DNA of 63,543 nucleotides from an uncultured Flavobacteriaceae bacterium (GCA_964549485.1 CAZJWI010000155.1:1-63543), one strand, 5' to 3'; shown: positions 9,925 to 20,125, numbered from the stretch's first letter. The notes: a model not told the origin generated them from the letters alone. Numbers and translations: made by a program.

Positions 9925-11241
9925 TTAATATCTATAATACTCAGGTTTGAATGGCCCTTCTACAGTAACACCGATATATTCGGCTTGATCCTGACTTAAA
10001 GTTTCCAATTCTACGCCCAATCGCTTAAGGTGTAAGGCAGCCACCTTTTCATCCAAATGCTTAGGGAGCATATACACCTCATTTTTATAATTATCGCTGT
10101 TTTTCCAGAGTTCGATTTGTGCTAAAGTTTGGTTGGTAAATGAATTACTCATCACAAAACTAGGATGACCTGTGGCACAACCCAGATTCACCAAACGTCC
10201 TTCTGCCAATACAATGATATCTTTCCCATCTATGGTGTACTTGTCTACCTGTGGCTTGATTTCATCTTTTGTATTGCCGTGGTTGTCGTTTAACCAGGCC
10301 ATGTCAATCTCATTGTCAAAGTGACCAATATTACATACGATCACCTTATCTTTCATCGCTTGGAAATGCTCGCTTCTAATAATATCCTTATTACCTGTAG
10401 TTGTAATAACAACGTCTGCATTGCCTACAACGGTATTTAATTTTTTAACCTCAAAACCGTCCATGGCAGCTTGAAGGGCACAGATAGGGTCAATTTCGGT
10501 CACCGTTACTATCGCTCCAGCTCCTTTAAATGAAGCAGCCGTTCCTTTTCCTACATCACCGTATCCGCAAACAACAACACGCTTTCCAGCAAGCATGGTA
10601 TCTGTGGCACGTCTAATAGCATCTACAGCGCTCTCACGACAGCCGTATTTGTTGTCAAACTTAGACTTGGTCACAGAGTCGTTAACGTTAATCGCAGGCA
10701 TGGGCAGGGTTCCGTTTTTCATACGCTCGTATAAACGGTGTACTCCCGTTGTTGTCTCTTCAGACAACCCTTTAATATCTCCAACAAGTTCTGGATAACG
10801 ATCTAAAACCATATTGGTCAAATCACCACCGTCATCAAGAATCATATTAAGTGGCTTACGCTCTTCGCCAAAAAATAAGGTTTGCTCGATACACCAATCA
10901 AATTCTTCTTCATTCATACCTTTCCAGGCATAAACCGGGATACCAGCATCTGCAATAGCGGCAGCAGCCTGATCCTGAGTAGAGAAAATATTACAAGAAC
11001 TCCATGTTACCTCAGCACCTAAAGCCTTTAAGGTCTCAATAAGTACAGCTGTTTGTATGGTCATGTGCAAACATCCTGCTATACGAGCGCCTTTTAAAGG
11101 TTGCTCATCCTTATACTCTTCGCGCAGCGACATAAGTCCAGGCATCTCGGCCTCGGCTAGTTCGATCTCTTTTCTACCCCAGGCAGCCAAGGAAATATCT
11201 TTTACTTTGTACGGTACGTACGGTACAGTTTTCGTGCTCAT
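9925..11241 (-). CDS. ahcY: Adenosylhomocysteinase
   Basis: [46 protein letters not shown]; start taken at MSTKT. Confidence 0.97.
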   Translation of the reverse strand: MSTKTVPYVPYKVKDISLAAWGRKEIELAEAEMPGLMSLREEYKDEQPLKGARIAGCLHMTIQTAVLIETLKALGAEVTWSSCNIFSTQDQAAAAIADAGIPVYAWKGMNEEEFDWCIEQTLFFGEERKPLNMILDDGGDLTNMVLDRYPELVGDIKGLSEETTTGVHRLYERMKNGTLPMPAINVNDSVTKSKFDNKYGCRESAVDAIRRATDTMLAGKRVVVCGYGDVGKGTAASFKGAGAIVTVTEIDPICALQAAMDGFEVKKLNTVVGNADVVITTTGNKDIIRSEHFQAMKDKVIVCNIGHFDNEIDMAWLNDNHGNTKDEIKPQVDKYTIDGKDIIVLAEGRLVNLGCATGHPSFVMSNSFTNQTLAQIELWKNSDNYKNEVYMLPKHLDEKVAALHLKRLGVELETLSQDQAEYIGVTVEGPFKPEYYRY

Positions 11242-11325
11242 TTTACTATCTTTATCATTAAATGGTAAGCCCCGAAGGCTCGGCGGCAAAATTACGTAAT
11301 AACTTGCAGAAAACCACGCCCGCTA

Positions 11326-11949
11326 GTGCCTCTTTACAAAACAATAACAGTCTCACCTACTACTAAGGTTTACATTTGGAAAATTACCGAAGATTTGGCT
11401 ACGCTTTCGCGAAATATCTCTCTGACCCATCACTGTCAAAAACGGGTAGATAGCATGAAATCGCAATTGCATCAACGCGGGTTTATGAGCGTGAGACATT
11501 TGCTGGCCAAGGCCGGCTACACCGATCACGATTTGTATTACGACTCTTGGGGCAAACCGCATCTGCATGACGGCAAACAAATTTCTATCACTCATAGCTT
11601 TACCTTTTCGGCCATTATTGTAAGTGATAATCCTGTGGGTATAGATATAGAGATGCAACGCGATAAAATTATTCGCATCGCTCATAAATTCACCCCTTTT
11701 GAGGAATACCGTACCCTGGCAAATGCAGATGCACTGGTACGCAAACTCACTATTGTCTGGGGCGGAAAAGAATCGATGTATAAGTCATTTGCTCAAGAAG
11801 GACTGAGTTTTTTAAAACATATGTACATCGAAGATTTTCAATTTGAAGATGCCCAGACAACAGGTTCGGTCTCTTTTGATGGAAGTTCAAAAGTATACCA
11901 ACTCGATTTTTTAGAATTTGAAGGTTTCACCTGTGTTTATGCCACTTAA
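11326..11949 (+). CDS. 4'-phosphopantetheinyl transferase superfamily protein
   Basis: GKP, ISITHS, VGIDIE, W..KE..YK motifs. Confidence 0.88.
   Translation: MPLYKTITVSPTTKVYIWKITEDLATLSRNISLTHHCQKRVDSMKSQLHQRGFMSVRHLLAKAGYTDHDLYYDSWGKPHLHDGKQISITHSFTFSAIIVSDNPVGIDIEMQRDKIIRIAHKFTPFEEYRTLANADALVRKLTIVWGGKESMYKSFAQEGLSFLKHMYIEDFQFEDAQTTGSVSFDGSSKVYQLDFLEFEGFTCVYAT
11403..11414. repeat. Palindrome core GCTTTCGCGAAA (LSRN)
   Basis: 12 of 14 bases match. Confidence 0.85.
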
Positions 11950-11990
11950 AATAATAACCTGATCTCCTTGACCAATACCTCTGACAATTT

Positions 11991-12737
11991 ATGGAGCTAT
12001 ATTCAAAATTAGCCGCCGACGCCCATGCTAAAAAAAGGCTTTTAGGCATTTTACTAGATCCCGAAAAATTCCCTTTAGAAACGGTAGGTACCGAGGTTCA
12101 AATCAACCGAGATTATGCCAAGGCTTATATTGAAAAATTGCCATCGGCAACGACTCATCTGTTATTAGGAGGCAGCACCGATAGTTATGTAAGTACCGAC
12201 GAGGTGGCTATGCTAATCAAAACATATAGCGATCTACCCCTGCTGCTATTTCCAGGAGATCACAGCCAGCTCTCTGCCCATGCCGACGCTATTTTATTTC
12301 TCTCTTTGCTATCGGGACGCAATTCAGACTATCTCATAGGGCAACAAGTAAAGGCGGCTCCTGTATTACAACATATGGATTTGGAAATTATTCCTACGGG
12401 TTATATTTTGATTAACGGCAAAAAAAAATCGGCGGTAGAGCGCCTTAGTGGTACCAAGCCAATACCTCAAAGAAAACTTTCAAAAATTGTTGCCACAGCA
12501 CTAGCAGCGGAATACCTGGGCAAAAAGCTGGTTTATCTCGAAGCGGGCAGCGGGGCCAAACGCCCAGTACAACCACATGTGATTGAAGCCGTAGCCGCAG
12601 CCATAGACATCCCACTTGTTGTAGGAGGTGGAATCAGAACCTCAGCACAACTTGAAGCGGCCTACAGCGCAGGGGCCAATATGGTGATTGTTGGCACGGC
12701 CTTTGAAGAAGACAATTGGAATACCCAATCGAGTTAA
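11991..12737 (+). CDS. pcrB: Geranylgeranylglyceryl/heptaprenylglyceryl phosphate synthase
   Basis: LLDPEK, GGS, FPG, LSGRN, YLEAGSGA, VGGGIR motifs. Confidence 0.9.
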   Translation: MELYSKLAADAHAKKRLLGILLDPEKFPLETVGTEVQINRDYAKAYIEKLPSATTHLLLGGSTDSYVSTDEVAMLIKTYSDLPLLLFPGDHSQLSAHADAILFLSLLSGRNSDYLIGQQVKAAPVLQHMDLEIIPTGYILINGKKKSAVERLSGTKPIPQRKLSKIVATALAAEYLGKKLVYLEAGSGAKRPVQPHVIEAVAAAIDIPLVVGGGIRTSAQLEAAYSAGANMVIVGTAFEEDNWNTQSS

Positions 12738-12755
12738 ATGCTTTACTTTTGCCCT

Positions 12756-13715
12756 ATGAAGCGATTCATCCTTATCCTTTTACTTTTAGGAAGCGCACCA
12801 GTATTTGGTCAATATACCAACATATTGGATTCTGTTAGTAAGACGCCAGTCTCCTATGCGACCATTTCTTTTGGTGATGGCCGTGGCACCTTTGCTGGCG
12901 CCGAAGGTGAATTTAGTTTCTCCAAAAAGAAATATGCTGATATTGATTCCATTTATATCTCCTCTATTGGGTATCAAGAAAAGGGGTTTGCCACCCAAAA
13001 TTTGCCCAGCACACTCTATCTGGCTCCCCAGACCAATCAATTATCGGAGGTGGTATTAACCGCCCCAAAACGGGGTCGTTTCAAAAAGCGAAAGCTCAAA
13101 CCCACCACTCACACCAATTACTTTAGTTGCTGGTTACCTACGGTAGAAAGTGAAGTGGCTGTGCTTTTTAATCGATACGAGGGTAAATCATCCAAAATCG
13201 TCAAACTTCTCTTACCGATTAATGCCGAGGAAGAATATCGCAAAAAAGGCAATATGAAATTTTCAACCTTGTTTAGAATTCAATTTTATGAAAACGATCA
13301 AGGCCTGCCAGGATTACCCGTAAAATATGGAGACATCGTTTTTCGCGTAAGCGAGAAAAATGACGAAATCTATGAACTCGATTTGAGCAACTTTAATGTT
13401 TTTATTCCAGAAAAAGGCCTTTTTGCCGCGATTCAGGTGCTGGGGTATAGCGATCCCGACGGCAAGTTGTTACAAACCAAAAAATATAACGAGGTCAAAA
13501 CCCGACGCGGGATTCAAAAAATCTCAACCACTTTTAGACCACTGCTTCCCTTTACAGATGCTTTGCCACAACAGCAAACCTTTGTAAGAAGGGTGTTTTT
13601 TAACAATAAGAAGTGGCAGGTATTTGATCAGACTTATAACGAAAATTCAAAGTTGATCCAATCGGGTCAACGCAACTACGGCATGGGAGCTTTGCTTCAT
13701 GTCTATGACCAATAA
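12756..13715 (+). CDS. Exported protein with carboxypeptidase-regulatory-like N-terminal domain
   Basis: Signal peptide; D..K.P..YATI...G.F...SSIGY...L.EVV pattern; start at MKRFIL. Confidence 0.75.
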   Translation: MKRFILILLLLGSAPVFGQYTNILDSVSKTPVSYATISFGDGRGTFAGAEGEFSFSKKKYADIDSIYISSIGYQEKGFATQNLPSTLYLAPQTNQLSEVVLTAPKRGRFKKRKLKPTTHTNYFSCWLPTVESEVAVLFNRYEGKSSKIVKLLLPINAEEEYRKKGNMKFSTLFRIQFYENDQGLPGLPVKYGDIVFRVSEKNDEIYELDLSNFNVFIPEKGLFAAIQVLGYSDPDGKLLQTKKYNEVKTRRGIQKISTTFRPLLPFTDALPQQQTFVRRVFFNNKKWQVFDQTYNENSKLIQSGQRNYGMGALLHVYDQ

Positions 13716-13721
13716 CCGACC

Positions 13722-13982
13722 ATGCATATTTCTGTAGATCTTACCTTTAGTCCTTTACAGGATAATTACGAAACCCATATTATTGATTTTATCAAACGCT
13801 TGAGAGACTCTGGATTCACGATTATTGAGAACCCGCTGGCTACTCAAATATTTGGTCCTTATGACCAGCTGATGCCTTTTTTGCAAGCCGAGATCAAGCG
13901 CAGTCTGGAAGCTATTGGTATCGGGCTGTTTACCATCAAAATTGTAAAAACCGATCGCAGCGATTATGAACCCCATTTTTGA
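13722..13982 (+). CDS. Thiamine-binding protein (YkoF/DUF77-like)
   Basis: ISVDLT.SPL...I.DFI..L.......NPLATQIFG.YD pattern. Confidence 0.75.
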   Translation: MHISVDLTFSPLQDNYETHIIDFIKRLRDSGFTIIENPLATQIFGPYDQLMPFLQAEIKRSLEAIGIGLFTIKIVKTDRSDYEPHF

Positions 13983-14595
13983 TTTTTTTCTACAACCTTA
14001 TCGCGAGGCCTCTCTTTTAGATATATGGTTAGAGATTATAGCCGTTGTTTTTGGAGTGGTTGGTGTTTGGTTTGGTAAAAAGGAGCATATACTAGTGTAT
14101 CCTCTGGGTATCATTAGCACAGCAATATTTATCTATATCTGTTTTAAATTTGAACTCTACGGCGATTTTATCATCAATATTTATTACACCTTAATGAGTT
14201 TGTATGGCTGGTTTATGTGGTCAACAAGAATAGATGGTTCCAACCTGACTATTACGCGCTGTTCAAGTAGCGATCTATACAAGGCGTTGGGGATTTTTCT
14301 CGTATCGGCGGCCTTTATAGTAGGCGTTTATTTATATTTTAATCGCTTTGATCGCTATACCGATTACTTTGACACATTAACTACTGGGCTTTGTTTTGCG
14401 GCTATGTGGCTAATGGCGCACAAAAAAATCGAACATTGGTTGTTATGGATTGCAGCCAATATTATTTCGATTCCTTTATATTTTTACAAAGGCTTAGGAT
14501 TTACAGGACTTCAATTTACCGTTTTATTAATCATCGCTATTTTAGGCTATCAGCAGTGGAAAAAGCACTTAAACAACATCCCGGCAACTGTATAA
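13966..14595 (+). CDS. pnuC: PnuC-family vitamin transporter
   Basis: Multi-TM; YGW..W, D..TT, AMWLMA.K.IE.W..W, G...W motifs. Confidence 0.9.
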   Translation: MNPIFDFFLQPYREASLLDIWLEIIAVVFGVVGVWFGKKEHILVYPLGIISTAIFIYICFKFELYGDFIINIYYTLMSLYGWFMWSTRIDGSNLTITRCSSSDLYKALGIFLVSAAFIVGVYLYFNRFDRYTDYFDTLTTGLCFAAMWLMAHKKIEHWLLWIAANIISIPLYFYKGLGFTGLQFTVLLIIAILGYQQWKKHLNNIPATV

Positions 14596-15116
14596 GAATT
14601 TGTCTTTTTGGCCCTGAGAGTAGTGGTAAGAGTACGCTTTCGCGAAAGCTATCTCAGCATTACAACGCGGCTTTGGTGCCTGAGTTTGCACGCGATTACC
14701 TCCAAGACCTTTGGGACAAAAAGCAACAAATTTGTCGCCCTAAAGATCTACTACCCATTGCTGCAGGACAAATGGCATTAGAAAATCAGGCTGTAAGCCA
14801 AGGAGCTTCTTTAATCATTTGCGATACCGATTTACTCACGACCAAAGTTTATAGTGAAGCCTATTACAACCACTGGTGTCCCAAGCTATTAGAGACCTAT
14901 GCGCTAGAGAACACCTATGATTTGTATCTACTCACTTATATAGACACCCCCTGGGAAGCCGATGATCTTAGAGACAAACCTGATTCTCGTGAAGAAATGT
15001 TTACGTATTTTAGACAGGCTTTAGCACAATACAAACGTCCTTTTGTCTTTGTACACGGAAGTATTGAAGAGCGATTGCAGACGGCCACTAAGGCCATAAA
15101 TACCCTACTCATTTGA
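14556..15116 (+). CDS. NadR-type kinase/AAA_28 P-loop protein
   Basis: GPESSGKSTL, PEFARDY, DTD, W..D..R; GTG start at 14556 overlapping pnuC. Confidence 0.85.
   Translation: MEKALKQHPGNCIRICLFGPESSGKSTLSRKLSQHYNAALVPEFARDYLQDLWDKKQQICRPKDLLPIAAGQMALENQAVSQGASLIICDTDLLTTKVYSEAYYNHWCPKLLETYALENTYDLYLLTYIDTPWEADDLRDKPDSREEMFTYFRQALAQYKRPFVFVHGSIEERLQTATKAINTLLI
14636..14649. repeat. Palindrome GCTTTCGCGAAAGC, perfect copy right after the Walker A codons (LSRKL)
   Basis: Read directly. Confidence 0.95.
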
Positions 15117-16672
15117 ATTTTACTCAAAAAGATATAGATCAATTAGAGGCTCATGGTCTCTCCTTAGATAGTGCGCAACGCCAATTAGACACCTTTAAAA
15201 ATGGAATCCCATTTGTGAGGTTAGTCAAGCCTGCCACTATAGGAGATGGTATCTGCAAATACAACTTAGAGGATACCCAAGCGTACATTACCCGTTTTGA
15301 GTCGCGCAAAGACACCCTGGATCTTCTCAAATTTACACCAGCCTCTGGGGCAGCTACACGCATGTTCAAATTTCTGTTTGAATTTTTAAAAGCCTATGAC
15401 CCTGAACAGCAAAGCATCAATTCGTACATCAATAAAAATCAGGCCAATGAGTTGCGTTTGTTTTTTGTAGGATTGGATGATTTTCCTTTTTACAGAGAAA
15501 TTCGAGATGCCATAAAACCCATGATTGATGAGTTGTCAGATGTCAATACCAATAGATTGTTATTTGTTAAAACGATGTTAGGTGCAGAGGGCTTTGATTA
15601 TGGCCATCATCCTAAGGGGCTTTTCCCATTTCACAAATACAAAGACCACAATGCCTCGGCCTTTGAAGAGCATTTGTTTGAAGCTTCACTTTATGCCAAA
15701 ACCAAAGATCGGGCACGCTTGCATTTTACTATTTCTAAGGCACATTACGACAGCTTTCAAAGCGAATTTGAGCGCATTCAGCATATTGTAGAGTCAAAAA
15801 CTCATACGCGATTTGATATCAGCTATTCGTTTCAGTCTAGCACCACAGATACAATAGCGGTAGGTTTGGACAATGAGCCCTTTCGCGTAGGCGCTTCTAA
15901 TCAATTACTCCTGAGGCCCGGAGGTCATGGTGCCCTCATTCAAAATTTGAATGAACAAGAGGCCGATATCATCTTTATTAAAAATATTGATAATGTGGTC
16001 ACGGTGGCCTATGAGCAAGAAGTAGCCCACTATAAGAAATTACTGGCCGGTAAATTGTTGCAATTGCAAGAGCACTCCTTTGAGTTTTTGAAATTAATGG
16101 ATACTCGAAGTCTTACTAAGGATGAGATCGAGAAGATTGTTAACTTCCTTCAAAGTGAGTTTCACGTACCAATGGCGTCAAATTTTGATACGCTTTCAAG
16201 AGAAAACAAAGAAGCAGCCCTTAGAGCTCAACTCGACAGACCCATTCGCGTATGTGGAATGGTAAAAAATGAAGGTGAACCTGGAGGTGGTCCATTTTGG
16301 GTCAAACATCAAGATGGACACACCCGACTTGAAATTATAGAAAGTGTTCAAATTGATCATCAAAACAAAGAGCAGAAGGCCATTTTAAATGCATCGACCC
16401 ATTTTAATCCTGTTGATATTGTTTGTGGAGTCAAAGATTACAAGGGCAACACATACAATCTCTTAGATTTTGTAGATGTCAATGCTGGTTTTATCACCAG
16501 GAAAACGGTAGAAGGAAAACCAATTAAAGCCTTAGAACACCCTGGTCTCTGGAATGGTAGTATGGCCTTTTGGAATACTATATTTGTAGAGGTTCCGCTT
16601 ATCACTTTTAACCCGGTAAAGACCGTCAACGACCTATTGAAACCTACCCACAAAGTCAAGCTAAAAAAGTAA
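15113..16672 (+). CDS. DUF4301 family protein
   Basis: PASGAATRMFK, RPGGHGAL, IKNIDN, GEPGGGPF, THFNPVD, PGLWNG, FNPVKTVNDLL. Confidence 0.88.
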   Translation: MNFTQKDIDQLEAHGLSLDSAQRQLDTFKNGIPFVRLVKPATIGDGICKYNLEDTQAYITRFESRKDTLDLLKFTPASGAATRMFKFLFEFLKAYDPEQQSINSYINKNQANELRLFFVGLDDFPFYREIRDAIKPMIDELSDVNTNRLLFVKTMLGAEGFDYGHHPKGLFPFHKYKDHNASAFEEHLFEASLYAKTKDRARLHFTISKAHYDSFQSEFERIQHIVESKTHTRFDISYSFQSSTTDTIAVGLDNEPFRVGASNQLLLRPGGHGALIQNLNEQEADIIFIKNIDNVVTVAYEQEVAHYKKLLAGKLLQLQEHSFEFLKLMDTRSLTKDEIEKIVNFLQSEFHVPMASNFDTLSRENKEAALRAQLDRPIRVCGMVKNEGEPGGGPFWVKHQDGHTRLEIIESVQIDHQNKEQKAILNASTHFNPVDIVCGVKDYKGNTYNLLDFVDVNAGFITRKTVEGKPIKALEHPGLWNGSMAFWNTIFVEVPLITFNPVKTVNDLLKPTHKVKLKK

Positions 16673-16682
16673 GCTCATATTG

Positions 16683-17084
16683 ATGGATCAAAAACAACTG
16701 GAAAATGAGCTGCAATATAAAGCCACCAAAAGTAGTGGTCCCGGTGGGCAACATGTCAATAAAACCAGCACACAGGTATCCCTATTGTGGGATAGCACAA
16801 CTACTACTGCCTTAACCGCCATAGAGTTAGAGCGCCTACGTCAAAAGCTCGCCCACAAATTGACCAAAGACGGCATCTTACAACTTCACTCATCTGATAC
16901 CAGAAGCCAACTGCGCAACAAAGAGCTAGTAACCAAGCGATTTATTGAACTCATACGCACTGCGCTTATCATTCCCAAAAAGAGAAAAAAGACCAAACCC
17001 TCCAAAGTCGCAAAACTCAAGAGATTACAAGCCAAAAAAAAGCAGGCCGAAAAGAAGAGTAATAGACGAAAACCAGACTTTTAA
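16683..17084 (+). CDS. arfB: Alternative ribosome rescue peptidyl-tRNA hydrolase
   Basis: SSGPGGQHVNK, RSQ..N, basic C-terminal tail. Confidence 0.93.
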   Translation: MDQKQLENELQYKATKSSGPGGQHVNKTSTQVSLLWDSTTTTALTAIELERLRQKLAHKLTKDGILQLHSSDTRSQLRNKELVTKRFIELIRTALIIPKKRKKTKPSKVAKLKRLQAKKKQAEKKSNRRKPDF

Positions 17085-17169
17085 GAGTGAGGATTCCCTT
17101 ATTTTAAGGAGCTAACATCAAATACATAAGAAATTAGTACATACTATTTCACGCTTTAAAATTTGATCG

Positions 17170-17177
17170 TACTTTTG
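17170..17177 (+). promoter_or_regulatory. Bacteroidota -7 promoter box TACTTTTG
   Basis: TAnnTTTG immediately upstream of the riboswitch. Confidence 0.7.
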
Positions 17178-17182
17178 CGCTG

Positions 17183-17260
17183 TCTCAAAGGGGTGCTCCT
17201 AGTGAGCTGAGATTATACCCATTGAACCTGGGCGGGTAATGCCGCTAAGGGAGTCGAGCT
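17183..17260 (+). promoter_or_regulatory. TPP riboswitch
   Basis: GGGGTGC...GCTGAGATTATACCC..GAACCTG...GGTAATGCC...AGGGA consensus upstream of a TonB receptor. Confidence 0.92.
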
Positions 17261-17397
17261 TTTGGCATGCGTATAACTGCATAAGCCATAAGTAGTGACA
17301 TCGAGATCATTCTCTTCAATACGCGTCATCCGACGCGGGTAATACCATCAACTAACGACGAATATGTTGCCCCTTGTATTCGAAAAAACAAATTCGA

Positions 17398-19578
17398 ATG
17401 AAGAAGATTCTTTATGTAGCTATGGGCTTAATAAGCTTTGCTGCACTGGCACAAGAAGGCCAAACGGTCATCGACACCACAAAAACGGAGAAATTAGACG
17501 AAGTCCTGGTGCGCTCGGTACGAGTAAAAGCAGACTCTCCTATTACGCATTCCAATCTGGACAAAGAAGATTTGGAACCGCGCAATTTGGGACAGGATAT
17601 CGCTACTCAACTCAATTTCCTACCCGGGGTAGTAACTACTTCAGATGCCGGGGCGGGTATTGGTTATACTGGTTTTCGCGTACGCGGAACAGGAAATCAA
17701 GGTATTAATGTAACCATAAACGGGATCCCTTATAACGATGCCGAAAGTCTCACTACCTTTTTTGTGAATCTACAAGACTTTACCTCATCGATAGAGAGTC
17801 TTCAATTACAACGTGGTGTGGGCTCGTCTACCAATGGTTCTGGTGCTTTTGGAGCTAGTCTTAACATACTTACAGATGCTGTATCTAATGAGGCCTATGG
17901 AGAGATCACAAATTCTTTTGGTTCTTTTAATACGCGTCGTGCAACGGTCAAATTTAGTACGGGCCTACTCAATGATCATTTAGAATTATCTGGGCGTTTG
18001 TCTTCTATCAAGTCTGATGGCTATATCGACAGAGCTTCTTCAGATCTTAAATCTTATTTTTTACAAGCTGCATACAAAGACGATAATACCTTGGTAAAAC
18101 TGATCAATTTTGCCGGTTCAGAAGTCACCTATCAATCCTGGTTTGGCGTAGATGCAGAAACGGTCCAAAATGATCCTACCTTTAACCCTGCCGGATTATT
18201 TACAGACGATGATGGCAATATACGTTTTCATGACAATCAGGTTGACGATTACAAACAAGATCACTACCAATTACACTGGAACCAACGCTACGACAACAAC
18301 TGGAGTTCTAATGTAAGCCTAAATTACACCTACGGTCGTGGCTTCTTTGAAGAATATAAAGAAGACCAAGATTTTGAAACCTATGGTTTTACTCCCATAG
18401 CGATAGGGGGCGAAGTCATTAACACTACCGATCTTATAAGACGTCGCTGGCTCGATAATGATTTTTATGTAGCCAATGCCAGTGTGCATTACAAAGACAA
18501 TAGTCTAGATGTAATTTCTGGAGCACTTTATAGCACTTATACAGGAGACCATTTTGGTGAAGTGATCTGGGCTCAAAACGCGGGAGGGAGTCAAATTAGA
18601 GATCGTTACTACGACGGTGATGCGACAAAGAATGAATTTTCAGCTTTCGCGAAAGCCACCTGGCGTATCAATGATACCTGGAGTGTCTACGGTGACTTGC
18701 AGGGGCGTTTTATCGATTACACCACGGGAGGTATAAATTCTGATTTGCTCAATTTTGTTATTGATGAAACCTACAGCTTTTTTAATCCAAAGGCAGGAAT
18801 AACCTATCAACCCAATAAAACGCATCAATTTTATGCCTCTTATGCCAGAGCCAATAGAGAGCCCAACCGTACCGACTTTGAAAATGGCGACCCAAAACCA
18901 GAGCGTCTTAATGATCTTGAATTAGGCTGGCGCTTTGCCACTCCGGGTATTGCATTAAACGTCAATGGATATTATATGGGATATCGGGATCAATTGGTTC
19001 TCACCGGAGCCATTGATGATGTTGGGGCTCCCATCCGCGCCAACAGCGGAAAGAGTTTTAGAGCGGGAATTGAGATTGACGCAGCGGTCAAAATTACAGA
19101 CAAGTTAACTACCCAACCTAATATTGCATTGAGCACCAACAAGAACCAAGACTTTTTCTTTCAGAGAGATGGGGTACTTGTCAATTTGGGCAATACCAAT
19201 ATTTCCTATTCGCCAGAGGTAGTATTTGGTAATATTCTGGAGTTTACCGCCGCAGAAGGCTTACAATTGCGCCTATTATCAAAATATGTAGGAGAACAAT
19301 ACATGGGTAACATTGATAGTGAAGCCTCCATTTTGGATTCCTTTTTTATCAACGATTTTAATATATCCTATGAATTAAAAGAATTTTTTATATTTAAATC
19401 TGTCGTAATCAATGGTTTAGTCAATAATATTTTTGATAAAAAGTATGTATCTAACGGTTACTTCTTTACCTTTGATGATGATTTTTCGGATCCAAATCAA
19501 GTAACTACCGTTGAAGGTGCTGGTTTTTATCCGCAAGCTGGTATCAACTTCTTATTGGGAGCGACATTAAAATTCTAA
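17398..19578 (+). CDS. TonB-dependent receptor, probable thiamine uptake
   Basis: Signal peptide, LDEV, plug SDAGAGIGYTG.RVRG, C-terminal Phe; TPP riboswitch upstream. Confidence 0.92.
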   Translation: MKKILYVAMGLISFAALAQEGQTVIDTTKTEKLDEVLVRSVRVKADSPITHSNLDKEDLEPRNLGQDIATQLNFLPGVVTTSDAGAGIGYTGFRVRGTGNQGINVTINGIPYNDAESLTTFFVNLQDFTSSIESLQLQRGVGSSTNGSGAFGASLNILTDAVSNEAYGEITNSFGSFNTRRATVKFSTGLLNDHLELSGRLSSIKSDGYIDRASSDLKSYFLQAAYKDDNTLVKLINFAGSEVTYQSWFGVDAETVQNDPTFNPAGLFTDDDGNIRFHDNQVDDYKQDHYQLHWNQRYDNNWSSNVSLNYTYGRGFFEEYKEDQDFETYGFTPIAIGGEVINTTDLIRRRWLDNDFYVANASVHYKDNSLDVISGALYSTYTGDHFGEVIWAQNAGGSQIRDRYYDGDATKNEFSAFAKATWRINDTWSVYGDLQGRFIDYTTGGINSDLLNFVIDETYSFFNPKAGITYQPNKTHQFYASYARANREPNRTDFENGDPKPERLNDLELGWRFATPGIALNVNGYYMGYRDQLVLTGAIDDVGAPIRANSGKSFRAGIEIDAAVKITDKLTTQPNIALSTNKNQDFFFQRDGVLVNLGNTNISYSPEVVFGNILEFTAAEGLQLRLLSKYVGEQYMGNIDSEASILDSFFINDFNISYELKEFFIFKSVVINGLVNNIFDKKYVSNGYFFTFDDDFSDPNQVTTVEGAGFYPQAGINFLLGATLKF
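18643..18656. repeat. Palindrome GCTTTCGCGAAAGC, perfect copy in TonB receptor gene (AFAKA)
   Basis: Read directly. Confidence 0.95.
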
Positions 19579-19678
19579 CAATAGCCAACCAGGTGCTTAT
19601 CGCACCCTAGCTTTGTTTTACTAATCACATTGCTAGACAGTCTGTTACAAGTTGGGGGACATTAACCAGACTGCTCTT

Positions 19679-19702
19679 TAAGCCACTCTTCGGAGTGGCT
19701 TA
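19679..19702. terminator. Hairpin terminator between convergent genes
   Basis: TAAGCCACTC-ttcg-GAGTGGCTTA. Confidence 0.75.
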
Positions 19703-20125
19703 TTAATTAGAGATAATAACAGCATCCCCCTCTTTTCTCACGCGATACTGCAAAAGGGTGAACTCTAAGACCGTTCCCGTAGATTGACCCGTAAATAGAT
19801 TGTAAGTGTTGGCATCATTACACTGACAGGTCACTTCTATACCGCTAGGAACCGTCGTAGAACAATCATTGGGCACATGATTCGGATCTGAAGCCTCCCA
19901 GGCAAATAAACCGCTTCCTGTATTAACTACGTGTACGCCTCGTATTCCTACGCCCTGTACAAATACTGATCCTCCTGGAAATTCTAAATCCTGAGATTGC
20001 AAAGGACTCAAACGTTGATTAAAATTGATGTCGAGCAAAAATGGATTTCTGTTACGCGCATCATCGTCATTATCACAGCCTAAAAATAAAACAGCCGCCA
20101 AGAAGATATATAGTGTATTTTTCAT
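19703..20125 (-). CDS. Lipoprotein with degenerate Rieske-like fold
   Basis: Lipobox FLGC; G.RG..V, DPNH, C.C, Y.L.TG, L..Y.V pattern. Confidence 0.7.
   Translation of the reverse strand: MKNTLYIFLAAVLFLGCDNDDDARNRNPFLLDINFNQRLSPLQSQDLEFPGGSVFVQGVGIRGVHVVNTGSGLFAWEASDPNHVPNDCSTTVPSGIEVTCQCNDANTYNLFTGQSTGTVLEFTLLQYRVRKEGDAVIISN

Noticed and set aside
11242-11325. SAH/SAM riboswitch upstream of ahcY
   Set aside because: Leader after the TAATTTTG box is about 45 nt with a single TTCG hairpin (11268-11280); no aptamer consensus
14391-14555. N-terminal extension of the NadR-like ORF
   Set aside because: Overlaps pnuC in another frame; GTG at 14556 is the more plausible start
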